NCBI GenBank assembly: GCA_051294375.1
Contig: CM119263.1
Coordinates: 16,641,661 to 16,705,660, forward strand
Direction: 5' to 3'
Length of the DNA: 64,000 nt
Source of the DNA: Paraspadella gotoi
Lineage: Eukaryota > Animalia > Chaetognatha
Below are positions 63,886 to 64,000 of the stretch, piece by piece (position 1 is the stretch's first letter; every line of letters begins with the position of its first letter). Below the pieces are notes generated by a model. It ran no database searches. It was not told where the DNA came from and worked only from the letters and a program-made list of their open reading frames with translations. Both the position numbers and the translations under genes were made by a program.

Positions 63886-64000
63886 TTTTTTGCATAATTT
63901 ATTATAATTCGATGTTCTGACAAAATATAAGTGAATGCGCAACAAGACTGAGGGACTGAAAAAGTGAATTATAGAGTCAGAATCTGCTGAAAGCAGATCT

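Overview
Eukaryotic (probably invertebrate) genomic DNA from an indel-prone assembly with N gaps and noisy patches. The window is a nest of mobile elements. (1) Two independent insertions of one Ty3/gypsy LTR-retrotransposon family lie at 168-9671 (minus, TSD TGTT) and 31101-49609 (plus, TSD TAAT, split by an ~8.4 kb insert). Where env would sit, both carry two intron-containing ANTISENSE genes, and the differences between copies are largely synonymous in the stretches compared. One encodes a mucin-like type-I membrane protein. (2) Between them is an endogenous Polinton/adintovirus-related DNA element. It has a protein-primed family-B polymerase (TP-like, vOTU-like, exonuclease with an EndoVII/HNH-like insert, polymerase motifs A/B/C) broken by three secondary insertions. 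It also has a PLDLS-bearing acidic ORF, a spliced mucin-like membrane gene (hit by retro copy 1), a spliced small secreted glycoprotein and a tandem PC4-like protein. I see no capsid, packaging ATPase or DNA-element integrase in the window. (3) The rest comprises a CRE/ETS-rich 166-bp hairpin, unidentified ORF remnants, SINE- and Helentron-like pieces and microsatellites. All family assignments are from motif recognition by eye; no searches were run.
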